A stretch of DNA of 64,000 bases from Azolla caroliniana (Eukaryota; Plantae; Polypodiophyta). The position numbers and the translations under genes were made by a program. Under the pieces are notes generated by a model. The model was not told the DNA's origin. It was given only the letters and a program-made list of their open reading frames with translations, and did no database searches. Below are positions 22,630 to 36,415 of the stretch, one piece after another (the stretch's first letter is position 1; every line of letters begins with the position of its first letter). The DNA lies in contig JBHGNT010000018.1 of assembly GCA_043228905.1 (NCBI GenBank), positions 7,192,001-7,256,000 of the forward strand, in the 5' to 3' direction.

Positions 22630-25600
22630 TATCATTTTGGATTGAGAACCCAGTTTGTCTAGATATTGATGATGGAAGTCTTCAAGAAGAGCACGATCAT
22701 TGGTCAAATTCTCTATTGGTTCCCAAGTACGCTCGCTAGGACTAAATAGTAGAGCTTGTTGCAAACAATCTTGGAATCGAGGATGGTGGCAACCTTGTAC
22801 TCAGGTCCATCTTCAATCTCGATCGGGGGTGGAGGTTGTTTAATATGACTTGGGATGGTGCTGTCTTGATAGGGTTCGAGGAGAGAACTATGAAACACCG
22901 GATGTATCCGAAGTTGTGGAGGTAGATCGAGACGAAAAGTGACATCATTAATTTTTCCGATAATACGGAAAGGACCTAATCACCGGTAATCCAACTTCTC
23001 GCATGGGCGAGTAGTCTTGATGTGTCGTCGTAGTAGCCACACCCAATCTCCAATGTCAAAACTGGATGGAAGCCGATGACAATCCACGTAAACCTTGTGT
23101 GTTTGTTGAGCTGTAGATGAGTAGATAAATCCGCTTGTATCTTACGTAACCGCTCCAAACGATCCTCTGCACAAGGATTTGTGGGTATCTCTAGGGTTTC
23201 AAATACACACCACCGGGGGTGACAACCCGTGTAAACATAAAATGGTGTCACCTTTGTTGATGAGTGGATAGAGTTATTATACGCAAATTCGGTGAAGTGG
23301 AGAATATCCGTCCAGTCATCTTGATGATAGCTTGAAAAGCACCGATGATACTTCTCCAGCGTTTGATTTGTTCATTCAACTTGATTGTTTGTTTGCGGGT
23401 GGTAGCTGGAGGAGAGGTTACAAGTGACCTTTACCATTTTAAAGAGGTTCTTCTAGAACTTTGAGACGAACTAGGGTCCACAGTCGCTGATGATACTATC
23501 GGGAAGGCCATGATGCCGACATACTTCACACATGACAATTTCAACGGTTTCTTCACTGGAGATTTCTTTAGTACAAGCAGGAAATGGGCCATCTTCGTAT
23601 ATCGATCTACTATTGTTAAGATCACATTGAATCCCTTAGAGACCGGAAGATCTGTGATGAAATCTAGGGCAGTGGATGGCCATGGCTTGCTTGGAATTGG
23701 TAATGGTTCTAATAAACCATATGGATGATGCCTTGGCATTTTTGCTCTGCAACATGTATCACAAGCCCGAACAAAATCTTCGACAAATTGTCGCATATGG
23801 GGCCACCAAAAGGATCGTTCTACTAAATCTAGTGTTTTAGTACTACCAAAATGGCCAGCTGTATATGTGTCATGACAGTTTTGGACTACTTGAAGGTGAC
23901 AAGTACCATTAGGAACATACAAGAGTTTCTTAAAGAATAGTAATCCATCATGACATTCGAATTGTTGATAGTCCGTACCTGGTTGTTGCGACTGTGAACA
24001 AGATGCTCGAGAGGGATCAATTTGTGCTAGAATGGCTTGAGCGAAAACATCTGTCTTCAAGTCCTCACGTATGGTATCGACAACGTGGGAATCCAAGGGC
24101 ATACTGAAGACCTGCGTTGCTTGTAGTCGTGCCGATCCCAAGATTACTTGCTTTTGGTTATTGAAAGCCAGCTCGCCGGGACGTGGTGCTAGATATGAAT
24201 GCCGTGATAATGCATTTGCCTTCCCTTGTTGCTTCCCTGGATGATATATAATTTTGAAGTCGAAACGAGTGAGGAATTGGGCCCACCAAGCTTGACGTCG
24301 ATTTAACACACAAGCACTCTGAAAGTAGGCAAGGTTTTTGTGATCATAGAATATGATGACTTGATGAGAAGACCCCTCTAGAAAATGCCTCCATTGCGTA
24401 AAAGAGTCCACTATTGCTAATAGCTCCTTATCATGAATTTCATAGTTGATTTTCGTGGCGTCAAACTTGTGTGAATGGAAAGCCACAGGATGTAGCTTTT
24501 CATCATCGCCTTGTTGAGACAAAATGCTACCTAAGGCGAAATCCAACGCGTCTGCTTCAATGATGAATGGTTTTTTTGGATCAACATGAGCTAAAATAGG
24601 AGCTGATGTAAATGCCTTCTTAAGACTCTCAAAAGAAATGTCTGCTTCATCAGACCAAACAAACGATTTTCCCTTCTTGGTAGTTGTGTGAGAGGCCGAA
24701 CAAGCTTTGAGTAATTCTGTATGAACTTGCGGTAAAAATTGGCAAAGCCTAAAAAGCATTGTACATCTCGCAATGAACGCGGAGTCTGCCACTCTACCAC
24801 CATTTTGACCTTAGCTGGATCCACAGAGATGCCTTTCGAGGAAATGACATAGCCCAAAAGTTCTACCTGGTTGCACCTGAAACTACATTTTTCTAGTTTT
24901 GGATAAAGACCATGTTCTCGAAGTCGTTTTAGTACTAATAGTACATGACAATCATGCTCTTCTTGGGTCTTCGAATAAACCAATAGATCATCCAAATAGA
25001 TGATCAAAAAATCATCCAAGAGATCTCGGAATATATCATTTGCGATGTGCTGGAAGATTGCTGGCGCATTAGTGAGGCCAAATGGCATGACCGTATACTC
25101 GAAGTGCCCATGTCTGGTGCGAAACGCAATCTTCCATTCATCTCCTGGTCGGATCCGTACGAGGTTATACACTTGTCATAAGTCGATCTTTGTGAAGAAC
25201 CTTGCACTATTGATCCGTTCTAAAAAACTTGAGATAAGAGGAAGTGCATACCTATTCCTGATGGTGACTGTATTCAACCCACGGTAATCTACGACGAGAC
25301 GAAGTGATCCATCCTTTTTCTTGATGAAGAAAATGGGTGCGGCAGCTGGAGATTTCGAATGTCGAATGAAACCATTTGCCAAATTCTCCTCTATATAGGT
25401 TCGAAGAACTTCTAGCTCGGTTGGTGACAAATTGTAGATCGGTCCCCATTGTGGCTCTTTTCCCGGTTGTAAATCGATGGGGCAATCATACGGTCGATGG
25501 TGAGGAAGCGTATTAGCTTGTACTTTATTGAACATATCGACATAATGACGATACTTCTCTGGAAGTTGAATGGTGGACTCCTCTTTATTGATACTAGAGG

Positions 25601-26864
25601 AGTTTACTGATATTGTGAAGAGAAACATTTCTTCCTTGCGTCCTTCCTCACGCAACTGATGTAGTGAAATGGTTGCAATCTTATGAGTAGATCCTCGGGT
25701 TTGTCGACACCGTATTTCTCTTGTTCTCCAATCTATGGCTGGGTTATGTAATTCGAACCATGGTAATCCCAAAACAATGGGATGTTCTGGGATACTAATT
25801 ATATTAAATGATACTACACACGCTAAGTTATCTAGGACAATATTAACAGGTTCTGACTCTTCTATAATATTCCTGGAAGCAATGGGACGACCATCAATGA
25901 CTACTACAGAGGCTGGACATGGGAGTTTCTTTAGGGATATCTGATGAGCTTGGGCAAAATTCCTATCCATGAAGCGAGAGTTGGCTCCGGAATCTAAGAG
26001 TGCTACGACATGTACTGGAGGAGTACTTTTAGTACTAACCATTACTTGAGCTAAGAACACATTCCTAACTTGCTTAGAGGAAATGGAACCACTAATGGGC
26101 TGCACAGATCTAGGGCTGTCCAACCAAATGGCTCCTATTTTGGCTAGACTTAATCGTTTAACTCTTCTTCTAGTTGACCAAGGATTTCAAATTTGTTTGA
26201 AAGGCTTGGGCTATTAGGACTATCAGACACACCTAGAGGAATAGACTCGGGTTTAGTACTATTAGTACTAGCGGTTATTTGATTTACCTGCCTTTTCGGC
26301 CGGTGGGGGCAATTCATTGCAATATGCCCCGGTTCACCGCAATAAAGACATAATTGATTTGCCCTACGTCGCTGCTTTTCTTCTTCCGATAGTGGTCCGC
26401 GACGACGTGTGGTGTCGATTTCCATTGGAGTCGGAGTATTTGTTGGAGATGTATTGAATGACTCCCTTGGAAAAGGCTTTGCTACGATTGAAGTGTAGGT
26501 GGGTTCTGATCTTGTCCATCGCATTTGGAATTGACGTTCCGAACGTCGTTCGAAGAGCCAATTATTGCATCGCACCGCACGACTGATTGCTTATGTCAAT
26601 GACTTTGGTTCCTCGGGGAAAGTTAAGAGTAAATCTTTAACATCATTACGTAGGCCAAAATGAAATTGCTCCATTAGTGCCTGGTCATCCCAGGGAATAT
26701 CGGTGGCAAGAAGACGGAAATCCGCAACATAAGCCGAGGCCGGCTGCTCACCTTGGTGCAATCTTCAGATTTTGTTGATTGATGTTCTAACACTGTCGAT
26801 ATCTCCAAAACAAGCTTTAAACTCTTCGAAATTATTTAACAAGGGAGAGCTTTTTTCTAACATG
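22630..26864 (-). pseudogene. Gypsy G gag C-terminus, protease, RT, RNase H, integrase, chromodomain
   Basis: CLYCGEPGHIAMNC, LLDSGA, LRLVVDYRGLN, YLDD, YEIHDKELLA, HDTYTAGH, FHSSLLEPY, EYKVATILDS...LYYLV motifs; frameshifts. Confidence 0.92.
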
Positions 26865-27089
26865 TGTTGTAGGTTTTAGGGTTAGGGTTAATGGTAATGA
26901 TGATTATCGATGACGAAGATAGACATGGTGTAATAATGAAGATGATGGGGAGTATGATGGTGAAAGAGATCATGAAGATGTTGACAAGCATTGAGAAGCA
27001 TTGGGGGGTGGGGGGTGGTGCCTAGAATGGCTCCACCCCCCTCCCAAGGGGGTTCAACGTTAAGGGGGTGGAGAGAGAGAGAAAGATGT

Positions 27090-27128
<39 letters not shown>

Positions 27129-29224
27129 TGGTTATATATTTCATTCATTCCCCATAAGGGGTTAAATAGTACAAGAGGGGGTAGATACATAGGGGTGTAA
27201 GCCCCCTCGAGCATTCATATTGGACACTCACTCACCTCCTCGTATCCCATCCACATGCACACACATGTGCATGTGTTCACATACGTATAGACTCACAATT
27301 ACATTTATGCCCCCTACACATACACAACAACATCATGATAACATTCGACCCTCGCTCATCACACTTGACTCTCCGTACATCTCGTACGGGGTAACACAAT
27401 ATGGCATGCCCGTGGGAGAGTGCCTTGCACGTCGATCCCACATGCCTTGATGATGATATTTCTTCGACCGGAACTTCCATCGGTCCTTTCAATGATCGAC
27501 TCCCTCGATCAGAGTGCTTGACTCGAACATCTTTGTCGGTCAGCAAATCTTTCCGCGACACAAACATTCTCATTCTGTCAGCTTACGAACTTCGTTATGG
27601 GTCCAAAATCATGTCGTGTATATGTATGTTCTTCCTTTGTTTTGAGTGTGTATGAGTAGTCTTGGGGATTTTCAAAATTTTGGTGGTGCCCTCTTGTTTT
27701 TTAAAATTGTGATATGTACCCTCGGGTTTTGAAAATTTCATTCAGTACCCCCAAGTTTTTGAAATTTTCGGCTGCTACCCTCAACATTTTAAAATTTCTT
27801 CGCATGCCCCTCTTTTCTCTTTTTTCCTCTCATTTTTTTTTCATGTTTGTCTTCTTACGTTTTCTCTCGCGTGTTGTCTGCATCTTCTTCCTCCTTGGTG
27901 TTAACCGTTGCTTCTTCTCCTCTTCCTGTCTTTCTTTTCCTCCTCTCTTTTTCTTCTTCTATCTCTGTTTCTTACACTTCGTGTATGTCTGTTCATGCCT
28001 TTCTCTTCTTCCATGAATTCTTCTTTCTTTGTTCTCTTTCTTTTTCTTTCTGTCTCTGTTTGTGCTGCTCCCTCCTTTCTTCTCCTTTCTTCTCCTTCAT
28101 TCTTTTTTTTCTTCCTTCTGCTTTATTTCTCCTCGTTCTATGCTATGCTTGTTTTTTGCTTCCTCTCCTTCTGAAGCTCCATAGTATCCATCGCTCGGCG
28201 GTTGTCGCCGTCTGTCTCTAGCTCTGCCACCATCTTTGTGCGGCCACTATCCGGCATCGTCGTCTCTATTAGCCCTATCCGGCCTGTCTCTATTTTGGCC
28301 ATCATCCGGCCATCGCTGTACATTTTTGCCGTCGATCCGATAGTTGTCCAACCTTCTATTCTTCCAATGTCTCTATCAACACCGTTGCCCATCTCTGTCC
28401 AGCCCTTTCAGTTGCCTGTTCATCGCTTTGGCCATCTGCCAGCTGCTGTTATCCGTTGTCTGTCGATTTGTCTAGCCATTTTTTGGTCGTTTGTCGTCAG
28501 GCATCTTCATCATCTTGTCGTTTCGTCATCGTCCGGTATCGTCTGTCGTCTTCCAGTCGTGCATTTGGTCTGTCGTCCCGGCAGCCTGTCTGCTTCCCCG
28601 GCCTTGTCTGGTTGCTCAAGCCACTGTCCAGCTATTTCGACCGGTTTCCGGCCATTCTGACCGCTCTCCGGCCACTTCGGCCGCTCCGGTTGCTCCTGTC
28701 CGGTCACTCTCCGGCCTATCCGACCGCTCGAATTGCTGTCCGGTCGTCTCCATCTTCGTTGTTGTTCGGCACGAACAACCATGTCTTTCCGGTTGTATCC
28801 GTCCGGTTCATTCCGTTTTTTTTTTCCGTTTCTTCTATCTGGACCATTCCATCGTGTTTATGTGTTTTTCTCCGCCCCCGTCTGTGGCTTTCTGCATCAC
28901 GTCATCTCGTCTGACTTCTTCGTTTCTGGCTATGTCGTGTGTCCGTTTGGCATGTTCGGTCGTCCCTTTGTTGTCCAAACCGTCCGTTGTTCGCCTTTGT
29001 CTAGTGTGTATTTGGCCGGCCAATCTGGCCATCTTCATCTCCGTTTTGGCTGCAGTTCGGCTGTGTCTTTTCGGCCGCCTCTGCGACCTTTTGATCATCG
29101 TTGCTATTCTAGCCGTCGTCCGTCCGGTGCTGTTGGTTTCTCTGGTTGTCGATGTCTGGTTTGCGTTTGCATATCTTCTCTGTCTTCTATGGTCCTTCGG
29201 TGTTAACCAACTCTGGTTCTTGTT

Positions 29225-32200
29225 TGTTGAGCGGCAAGCTCAACTAGAGCCGGATCGACTGAATAAGCTTGAGCCGGCAAGCGAGACGGATCGGTAAGCT
29301 GTGCGCAACCGAGCTGGCAAGCAACAAAGCCGGTGAGCTGCGGAGCCAGTAACCAGAAGCCTAGTATTAGTGTAGACTACTAGGCAATTATAGTCTCGTA
29401 GTAAGTGTCAAATGCTCGTTTGAGCATTGAAATACGCGGTACTTCTGTCAGTCCGACGAGGACTTGTATAAATAGTGCTACTGAGCACAGTTGTAATGAC
29501 AGAGTGATTATATCGTTTTGAATATATCTTTTACGTACTACTCTCTCTGTCTCTCCCGTGTACTCTGTGTATTCCGTACTTTCTTTGTTTTCTAACGCTT
29601 CCGCAAGTAATCATTTACATGGTACCAGAGCGCGAGGGTTGAGAACCTCTGCAGTCGACAAACGCTTGAAAGCAAACCCTAACAGGTCGTAAAACAACAG
29701 ACAGAGAAGTGATGGATAGAGGGATGGCTAGCTCGCTCCATGTGGAGAAACTCGACAGATCCAACTATGCATCTTGGTCGTATAAGATGCACCAGTACTT
29801 GCTTGGGCATGGCTACTGGAGTTTCATCGAAGGAGCCAATGAAACAACACCTGATGCGACACATAAGGACTTCCTAGTGTGGGAACAATCGGCAAGAAGA
29901 GTGATGTACTGCTTCGCGTCCAATGTCGGAGACCAGCTGCTGAGCCACATCCGAGACACCAAGACGCCGAAGGAGGCTTGGGGGAACCTGAAGAAGGTTT
30001 TCGCCGCGAGCACTATAGCCCGGAAGCTGCAACTCCGATAGGAATTGAGCAATGTCTGACAGAAGGACATGTCGGTGGCGGATTACATGGCCTGGATCAA
30101 AGAGATCTATGACTCGCTTGCCTCTATCAACGTTATCGTAGAGGAAGACGAGATGGTACAGGTCTGTCTTGGGGGCCTGGCGTCGAAGTTCAGAGCGTTC
30201 TGAATGGCGGTGTGCTCAAGGTTAGAATACGCCGTCATTTTTCGACTTACAGTCGATGCTCCTTGTAGAGGAGAACCACGCCGATGCATTAACTAGTGCA
30301 CCCACTGACAGCCGGATGCTGTACACGGAGGCGGATCGGTCCCGTGGGCATGGTGGATGAGGCGGGTCAACACGCAATGGAGGCGACCGGCAAGAGCAAG
30401 AACGAAGGCACAGAGAGCGTGCCAACAGTAGTTCCGGGACTTCCATAGGCAGGGGGAGTCATGGCGACGCCGGGAGACGGCAAGAGAAGTCTGCAATGGA
30501 ATGCTGGTACTATGGCAAAAAGGGCCACAGAGAAAGCGAATGCTGGAGAAAACGCGCCGATATGGACAAATCCGGATCCGGCAAGGCCGACAAGGATGGC
30601 TGGCAAAGCTCGCACTATGCGAAGGGATCGGGAGGATCCAAGAACGGTAACGGGCCAGCCTTGGTGATGAAGCACGAGGCGAACTCGATGAAGAAGAACA
30701 CTTCCAAATCGGAGGAAGTTTGGTATGTTGACTCTGGTGCGTCGAACCACATGACGAGCCACAAAGAGTGGTTCTCCTTTTTGGAAAAACCGGATCAACT
30801 AGGAGTAGTCGAAACCAGAGACGACACTCCTCACCCAATTGTGCACGTTGGAGAAGTCCCTTTGAGCCACGTCGGACAGAAGGGGAAGCTGATGAACGTA
30901 TTACACGTTCCGACAATCACGAAGAACCTAGTGTCGGTCAGACAGATCGTCAACCGGGGGATGCAGGTGTGGTTTACGCACCTCGGGTGCTTCATCGAGG
31001 AAGAGGGCTAGATTATTGCGCAAGGGCGTAGAGATGGGAGGATGTTTATCCTCGACACCAATGACATTGGCACCGCTCTGTTTGCAAAAGGACAAAAGGT
31101 CGAATCGGACATCGACCTGTGGCACAAGCGGATAGGCCACGTCAATTACCGGAGGCTTCAAGACCTGCAAACGAAACAAGTTGTTTTCGGTTTGCTGAAG
31201 TTCAGCGGCTAAAAGGCCCACGTATGTGAAGCCTGCCAACTCGGGAAGCAAGACCGGCTTCCATTCCCTACCGAACGTAACCGGAGTCGTAACAAGCTTG
31301 ACCTTATCCATTCGGATGTGTGGGGACCGACACAAAATGTTAGTCTTGGTGGGAGTCGATATTTCGTCTCCTTCATCGACGACTATACGTGGCACACATG
31401 GATCTACCTCATCGAGCGGAAGAGTGAAGTCTTCGAGTGTTTCCGGAGTTTCCAAAGCATGGTGGAACGGGAATCGGAGAGGAAGATCAAATGCTTGCGG
31501 TCGGATGGCGGGAAAGAATACTTTTCCGACCAATTCAACAGTTATCTGCAGCAAACGGGAATTCGGCGAGAGTTCAGCTACAGATACACACCGCAACAGA
31601 ACGGTGTTGCCGAGAGGAAGAACCGGTTGCTTATCGATGCGGCAAGGGCAATGCTGGAGGAGAAGAGCATGCCCAAATTCTACTGGGCGGAGGCAGTTCG
31701 AACAACTGTCTATATCTAGAACCGGATCGGTGACAAGGTGTCAGCTCACGAGCTGTATTTCGGGCGGAAGCCGAATTTAAGACACCTTAAGATCTTCAAT
31801 AGCATTGCGTATGGGCATATACTGGATGAGAAGCGGAGAAAGCTGGATGCAAATTCGGAAAAATGCATCCTAGTTGGCTATGCTCAAGAGCAAAAGGGTT
31901 ATAAGTGTTATAACCCCCGGACAAAGCAGGTCCGAGTAAGTCGAGATGTCGAGTTTGATGAATCGGCATCGTGGTACTTCTTACCGACTCTGACTTCCGA
32001 ATCTGACCCGATTCCGGTGGATGAGGCTAGTGAGCCTGAACCGGCCTAGGGAGAGGATGATGAAGCGTGGACTCAGGATGAGAGCTCGGAATCGTTCCGG
32101 TTGAGTGGGCCGAACGAGAGACTGAGTCAATTTGACTAGTCTGATGAGGAACCGGCGAGTAGTGGAGACTCTGCCGTGCAGTCCCCGCGCAAGGAACCGA

Positions 32201-34905
32201 GGAGACGGTTCATGCGCAAAGAGAAGGGGAAGAAGAAGATGCCGGAATTCGAAACCAGCAATGATGAGTCGGATCGGTGTACATCCGACTCCGCAAGTAG
32301 AATGGCGGATCTTTGGCAACGAAGACCAATTCGGCCAAGAAGGGCCTCAAATCGGGTAACGGTGAGTTACGCCGGTCCACCCGCCAGAAGGATCCCGTCA
32401 AGCCGTACGGGTACAATGAGTACATGGCGCATCACTATGCGTACATGACTAAGGTGGCGGAAGTGTGTGAGCCGGAGAGCTACGCAGAAGCGGCCAAGGA
32501 CGCAAATTGGCGTGCCGCTATGGACGAAGAAATGCGGGCACTCGATGCCAACGAGACATGGGACCTGGTTGACCCTCCTCGTCACTGTAAACTGATCGGA
32601 TACAAGTGGGTTTAGTTAATCGGTATAAGGCCCGGTTAGTGACGAAGGGATATGCGCAAACCCATGGAATCGACTACGATGAAACCTTTGCTCCTGTAGC
32701 AAAGATGACGATGGTTCAAGTGGTGCTGGCGGTTGCTGCGGCAAGGAGGTGGCATCTTCATCAGATGGATGTGAAGAATGCATTTCTTCAAGGTGATCTT
32801 GAAGAAGAAGTCTTTATGACTCAGCCTCCCGGTTTTCAATCGGAGATGAACAAGTCAGCGATATGCCGGTTGAAGAAGTCGTTGTATGGCCTAAAGCAAG
32901 CCCCTCGAGCTTGGAATGCGAAGATCACGCACCGGTTGCGGAAGATGGGGTTTGTGGCCTCCAAATTGGACTCTTCATTGTTCATCCGGCAAGGCTCAGC
33001 CGGTCCGGTATGTATACTGTTGTATGTTGATGATCTAGTCATCACCGGACTGGGTGTTCCAGAAATCAATCGCGTCAAGTCCCAATTGTCGGACGCATTT
33101 GAGATAAAGGATCTGGGGAACCTTCATTATTTTCTAGGGATCGAGGTGATCCGAACCCCCGACGGCATATTACTCTCACAACGACATTATGTCTTGAATA
33201 TGTTGTACAAGTTCGGCATGACAGAATGCCGACCTGTATCCACACCCTTGGACTGGAACCAGAAGCTTTGTCCCAACTTGCAACGGTTCTGACAAATTGT
33301 CAGAAGCCTTATTTACTTGACTATCACGCAACCCGACATCAGCTATCCGGTCGGAATGATAAGTCAGTTCATGCAGAAGCCGACCGTGGAGCACCTTCAG
33401 TGTGTGCAACGGATATTGTGGTATGTCAGCGGCACGAAGGACCGGGGACTATTATACCGGCGAGGTAGAACCGAAGAGCTCGTCGGTTACACGGATGCCG
33501 ACTGGGCCGGTGATGCATCAGATCGCTGATCAACCTCCGGTTACATGTTTTCCCTTGGTAGCACAGTTGTTGTGTGGAGTAGCAAAAAGCAGCCAACAGT
33601 TGCTCTGTCGAGCACTGAGGCTGAGTATCGGGGCGCTACCATTGCCACCTGTGAAGCCATTTGGCTTCGGTGGTTGTTGTGAGACTTGCGGATCGAGGTA
33701 CCGACCCCGATCCCGATTTATTGTGATAACATCATCAACATGCAACTCGCCAAGAACCCCGTATTCCATGCTTGCACAAAGCACATAGAAGTGCACTATC
33801 ACTTCGTGCGTGAGCGTTTCCTGAGCGGTGAGGTTGAACTTCGGTATGTTCACACGGATCGGCAAGTTGCTGACATCTTCACCAAACCACTTGGATCGGA
33901 CAAGTTGCAGCACTTCACCGAAATGCGTGGTGTTCAGTATCTCGATGTGCCACACTTGAGTGGGAGAACGGGCAAAGGCAAAGAGACTGCCGATTGCGCC
34001 GGTGAGGGAAGAACAAAAGGCGGCAGAGTCAAGAAGGACAGAGCCAACCGAAGGAAGAAGGCCAAGACCCGGACATGGTCCGATGTGGTGAAGGGCTTGG
34101 AACCAAAAGACGAATCGGGAGCAACCGATTCGGACAAGAGCTGAAACGAATCAGAGATAGTCGATTTGGTTCAAAAGACAGATTCGGAAGAACCGGATCA
34201 ATTCAAGGCCAAGCAGACACAGATGCAGCGGAAGTCGATACCGTTGCAGAGGAATCGACGGATAGATAAGCGCCGGAGTCATAACAGCGAAGGAGCTGAG
34301 AGGGGCCTATTGAGCAGACATACTGACCGAGAAGGTCGAGGCACGCAGAACAAGAGGGGTTGCGGCAAACAGAACCGGACCAGACGAGGAGCGCGAGCAA
34401 GGTGAAGCGACGCCAGGAGAAGTCGGTTGGAAGAACCGGCTGCCACAGAGACTGACACTAAGATCCAACCTCAAGTTGAGCTTGAGGGGGAGTGTTGAGC
34501 GGAAAGCTCAACTGGAGCCAGATTGGCCGAATAAGCCTGAGCCAGCAAGCGAGACAGATCGGTAAGCTGTGAGCAACCGAGCCGGCAAGCAACACAACCG
34601 GTGAGCTTGGGAGCCGGTTAGCCGGATCCAATCAGTAACCAGAAACCTAGTATTAGTGTAGACTACTAGGCAATTATAGTCTCGTAGTAAGTCTTAAATG
34701 CTCGTGTGAGCATTGAAGTACGCAGTACTTCTGTCAGTCCCACGAGGACTTGTATAAATAGTGCTACTGAGCACAGTTGTAATGACAGAGTGATTATATT
34801 GTTTTGAATATACCTTTTACGTACTGCTCTCTCTGTCTCTCCCGTGTACTCTGTGTATTCCCTACTTTCTCTATTTTCTAATGCTTTCGCAAGTAATCGT
34901 TTACA
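29225..34905 (+). mobile_element. Element F: full-length Copia nested in D2
   Basis: LTRs 29225-29619 and 34493-34905 (TGTTG...TTACA), perfect TSD TTGTT, PBS TGGTACCAGAGC, PPT GAGGGGGAG. Confidence 0.95.
29709..34498 (+). pseudogene. Copia F gag-pol with C-terminal extension after RNase H
   Basis: CWYYGKKGHRESEC, WYVDSGAS, HSDVWGP, SDGGKEY, YVDD, DADWAGD, KHIEVHYHFVRE motifs; multiple stops. Confidence 0.92.
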
Positions 34906-35573
34906 TTGTTCCGATTCCGGTTCTGACTCTCTCCGCGTTATTTCTTCTGGAACCATTGCCCGTGCATTCTTAGCACATCATGCCGGTCTTCGCTCCACAC
35001 ACTGCGACTTTCTCCGCAGTCTCCTTGTGGGCTTCTCTTTCTGGTCGTGCTGGCACCGGTTCCCTCTGCGTTGTTGTTTGTCCAGCCGTGCATCTTGCAC
35101 CACGCTTTTGAGAACACACACATTGTCGCTAACCGCTTTCGGAAACACGCACATGGACACTAATCGCAAGCTCGCACAAACATTGTTTCCATGCATGCAT
35201 TCCTCCATAGACTTCCTCCAACATCTTCACCGTCATTTTCGCGTTTCGCCATTTCTTGCACTTAGTCGCTATGGCTTGCACATCCGTGTATCATTCTTCG
35301 ACTCCATCTCCAAAGGGGGGTCGCCTTAGTGGTCGCCAAAAGGTGTTGTAGGTTTTAGGGTTAGGGTTAATGGTAATGATGATTATCGATGACGAAGATA
35401 GACATGGTGTACTAATGAAGATGATGGAGAGTATGATGGTGAGAGAGATCATGAAGATGTTGACAAGCATTGAGAAGCATTGCAGGGTGGGGGGTGGTGC
35501 CTAGAATGGCTCCACCCCCCTCCCAAGGGGGTTCAATGTTAAGGGGGTGGAGAGAGAGAGAGAGAGATGTCAA

Positions 35574-35637
<64 letters not shown>

Positions 35638-35907
35638 TGGTTATATATTTCATTCATTCCACATAAGGGGTTAAATAGTACAAGAGGGGGTAGATACATA
35701 GGGGTGTAAGCCCCCTCGAGCATTCATACTGGACACTCACTCACACCTCCTCGTATCCCATCCACATGCACACACGTGTGCATGTGTTCACATACGTATA
35801 GACTCACAATTACATTTATGTCCCCTACACATGCACAATAACATCATGATAACATTCGACCCTCGCTCATCACACTTGACTCTCCGTACATCTCATACGG
35901 GGTAACA

Positions 35908-36328
35908 ACAGGGGGGCGAACCATGCCAAAGCTGTGCCACTAAGTAGAATGCCTACTAGTCACACTTGTGATGCATCGGTGGGATATCAAGAAGGATGCA
36001 TTTGAATGAATAATCATACTTGATTAAGGAATCCTCTAAATTGCGATCGCATTCCATCGAATTTCATGGGAAGGCCGATCTTGGGTTCTTTATGAATCCC
36101 TTGCGTACTAGGTCCTTGTTGTTGCATCGCTACTAAGGTTGCTTCGAGTTGTTGCACACGTACCACTAGTTCCCCATGTTGTTGTTGCGTTTGCTGCTTT
36201 TCTAAGGAGATTTGTTGAAGATCCCCCAACAACAGTTGATTTTCTTGTTCAAAAGCAAGGAATTTCTCTTTCAAGCATTGCAGCTCTGAGAAAACGGATT
36301 GATATTCTTGAGCGCTAACAATGACCAT
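35908..36328 (-). pseudogene. gag: Gypsy G gag N-terminus
   Basis: Coiled-coil followed by EPKIGLPMKFDG..SQFRGFLNQ; rejoins 26864 as WFAPLLEK after removing D2. Confidence 0.85.
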
Positions 36329-36403
36329 AGTATGAGAGAAAAGAGGAATAAGAGATTAGTATGAAGGGAGGGAGAAGTAAGAAGATAAAGGGGAAGGAGA
36401 GAG

Positions 36404-36415
36404 AAATCGGTTCAA
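36404..36415 (-). promoter_or_regulatory. Self-priming PBS of element G
   Basis: TTGAACCGATTT just after the 5' LTR, complementary to AAATCGGTTCAA (36640-36629), which begins ~27 nt downstream of the LTR TATA. Confidence 0.8.

Larger units (their letters stand above)
26865..35907. mobile_element. Element D2: second member of the D family, carrying Copia F
   Basis: LTRs 26865-27396 and 35344-35907, TSD acatg/acagg. Same two tRNA-Arg-like sites (27402-27417 on +, 35329-35338 on -). Internal ends homologous to D. Confidence 0.92.

Noticed and set aside
26872-26892. Telomere-like TTTTAGGGTTAGGG
   Set aside because: Only two or three units inside an LTR (telobox-like), not an interstitial telomere array.
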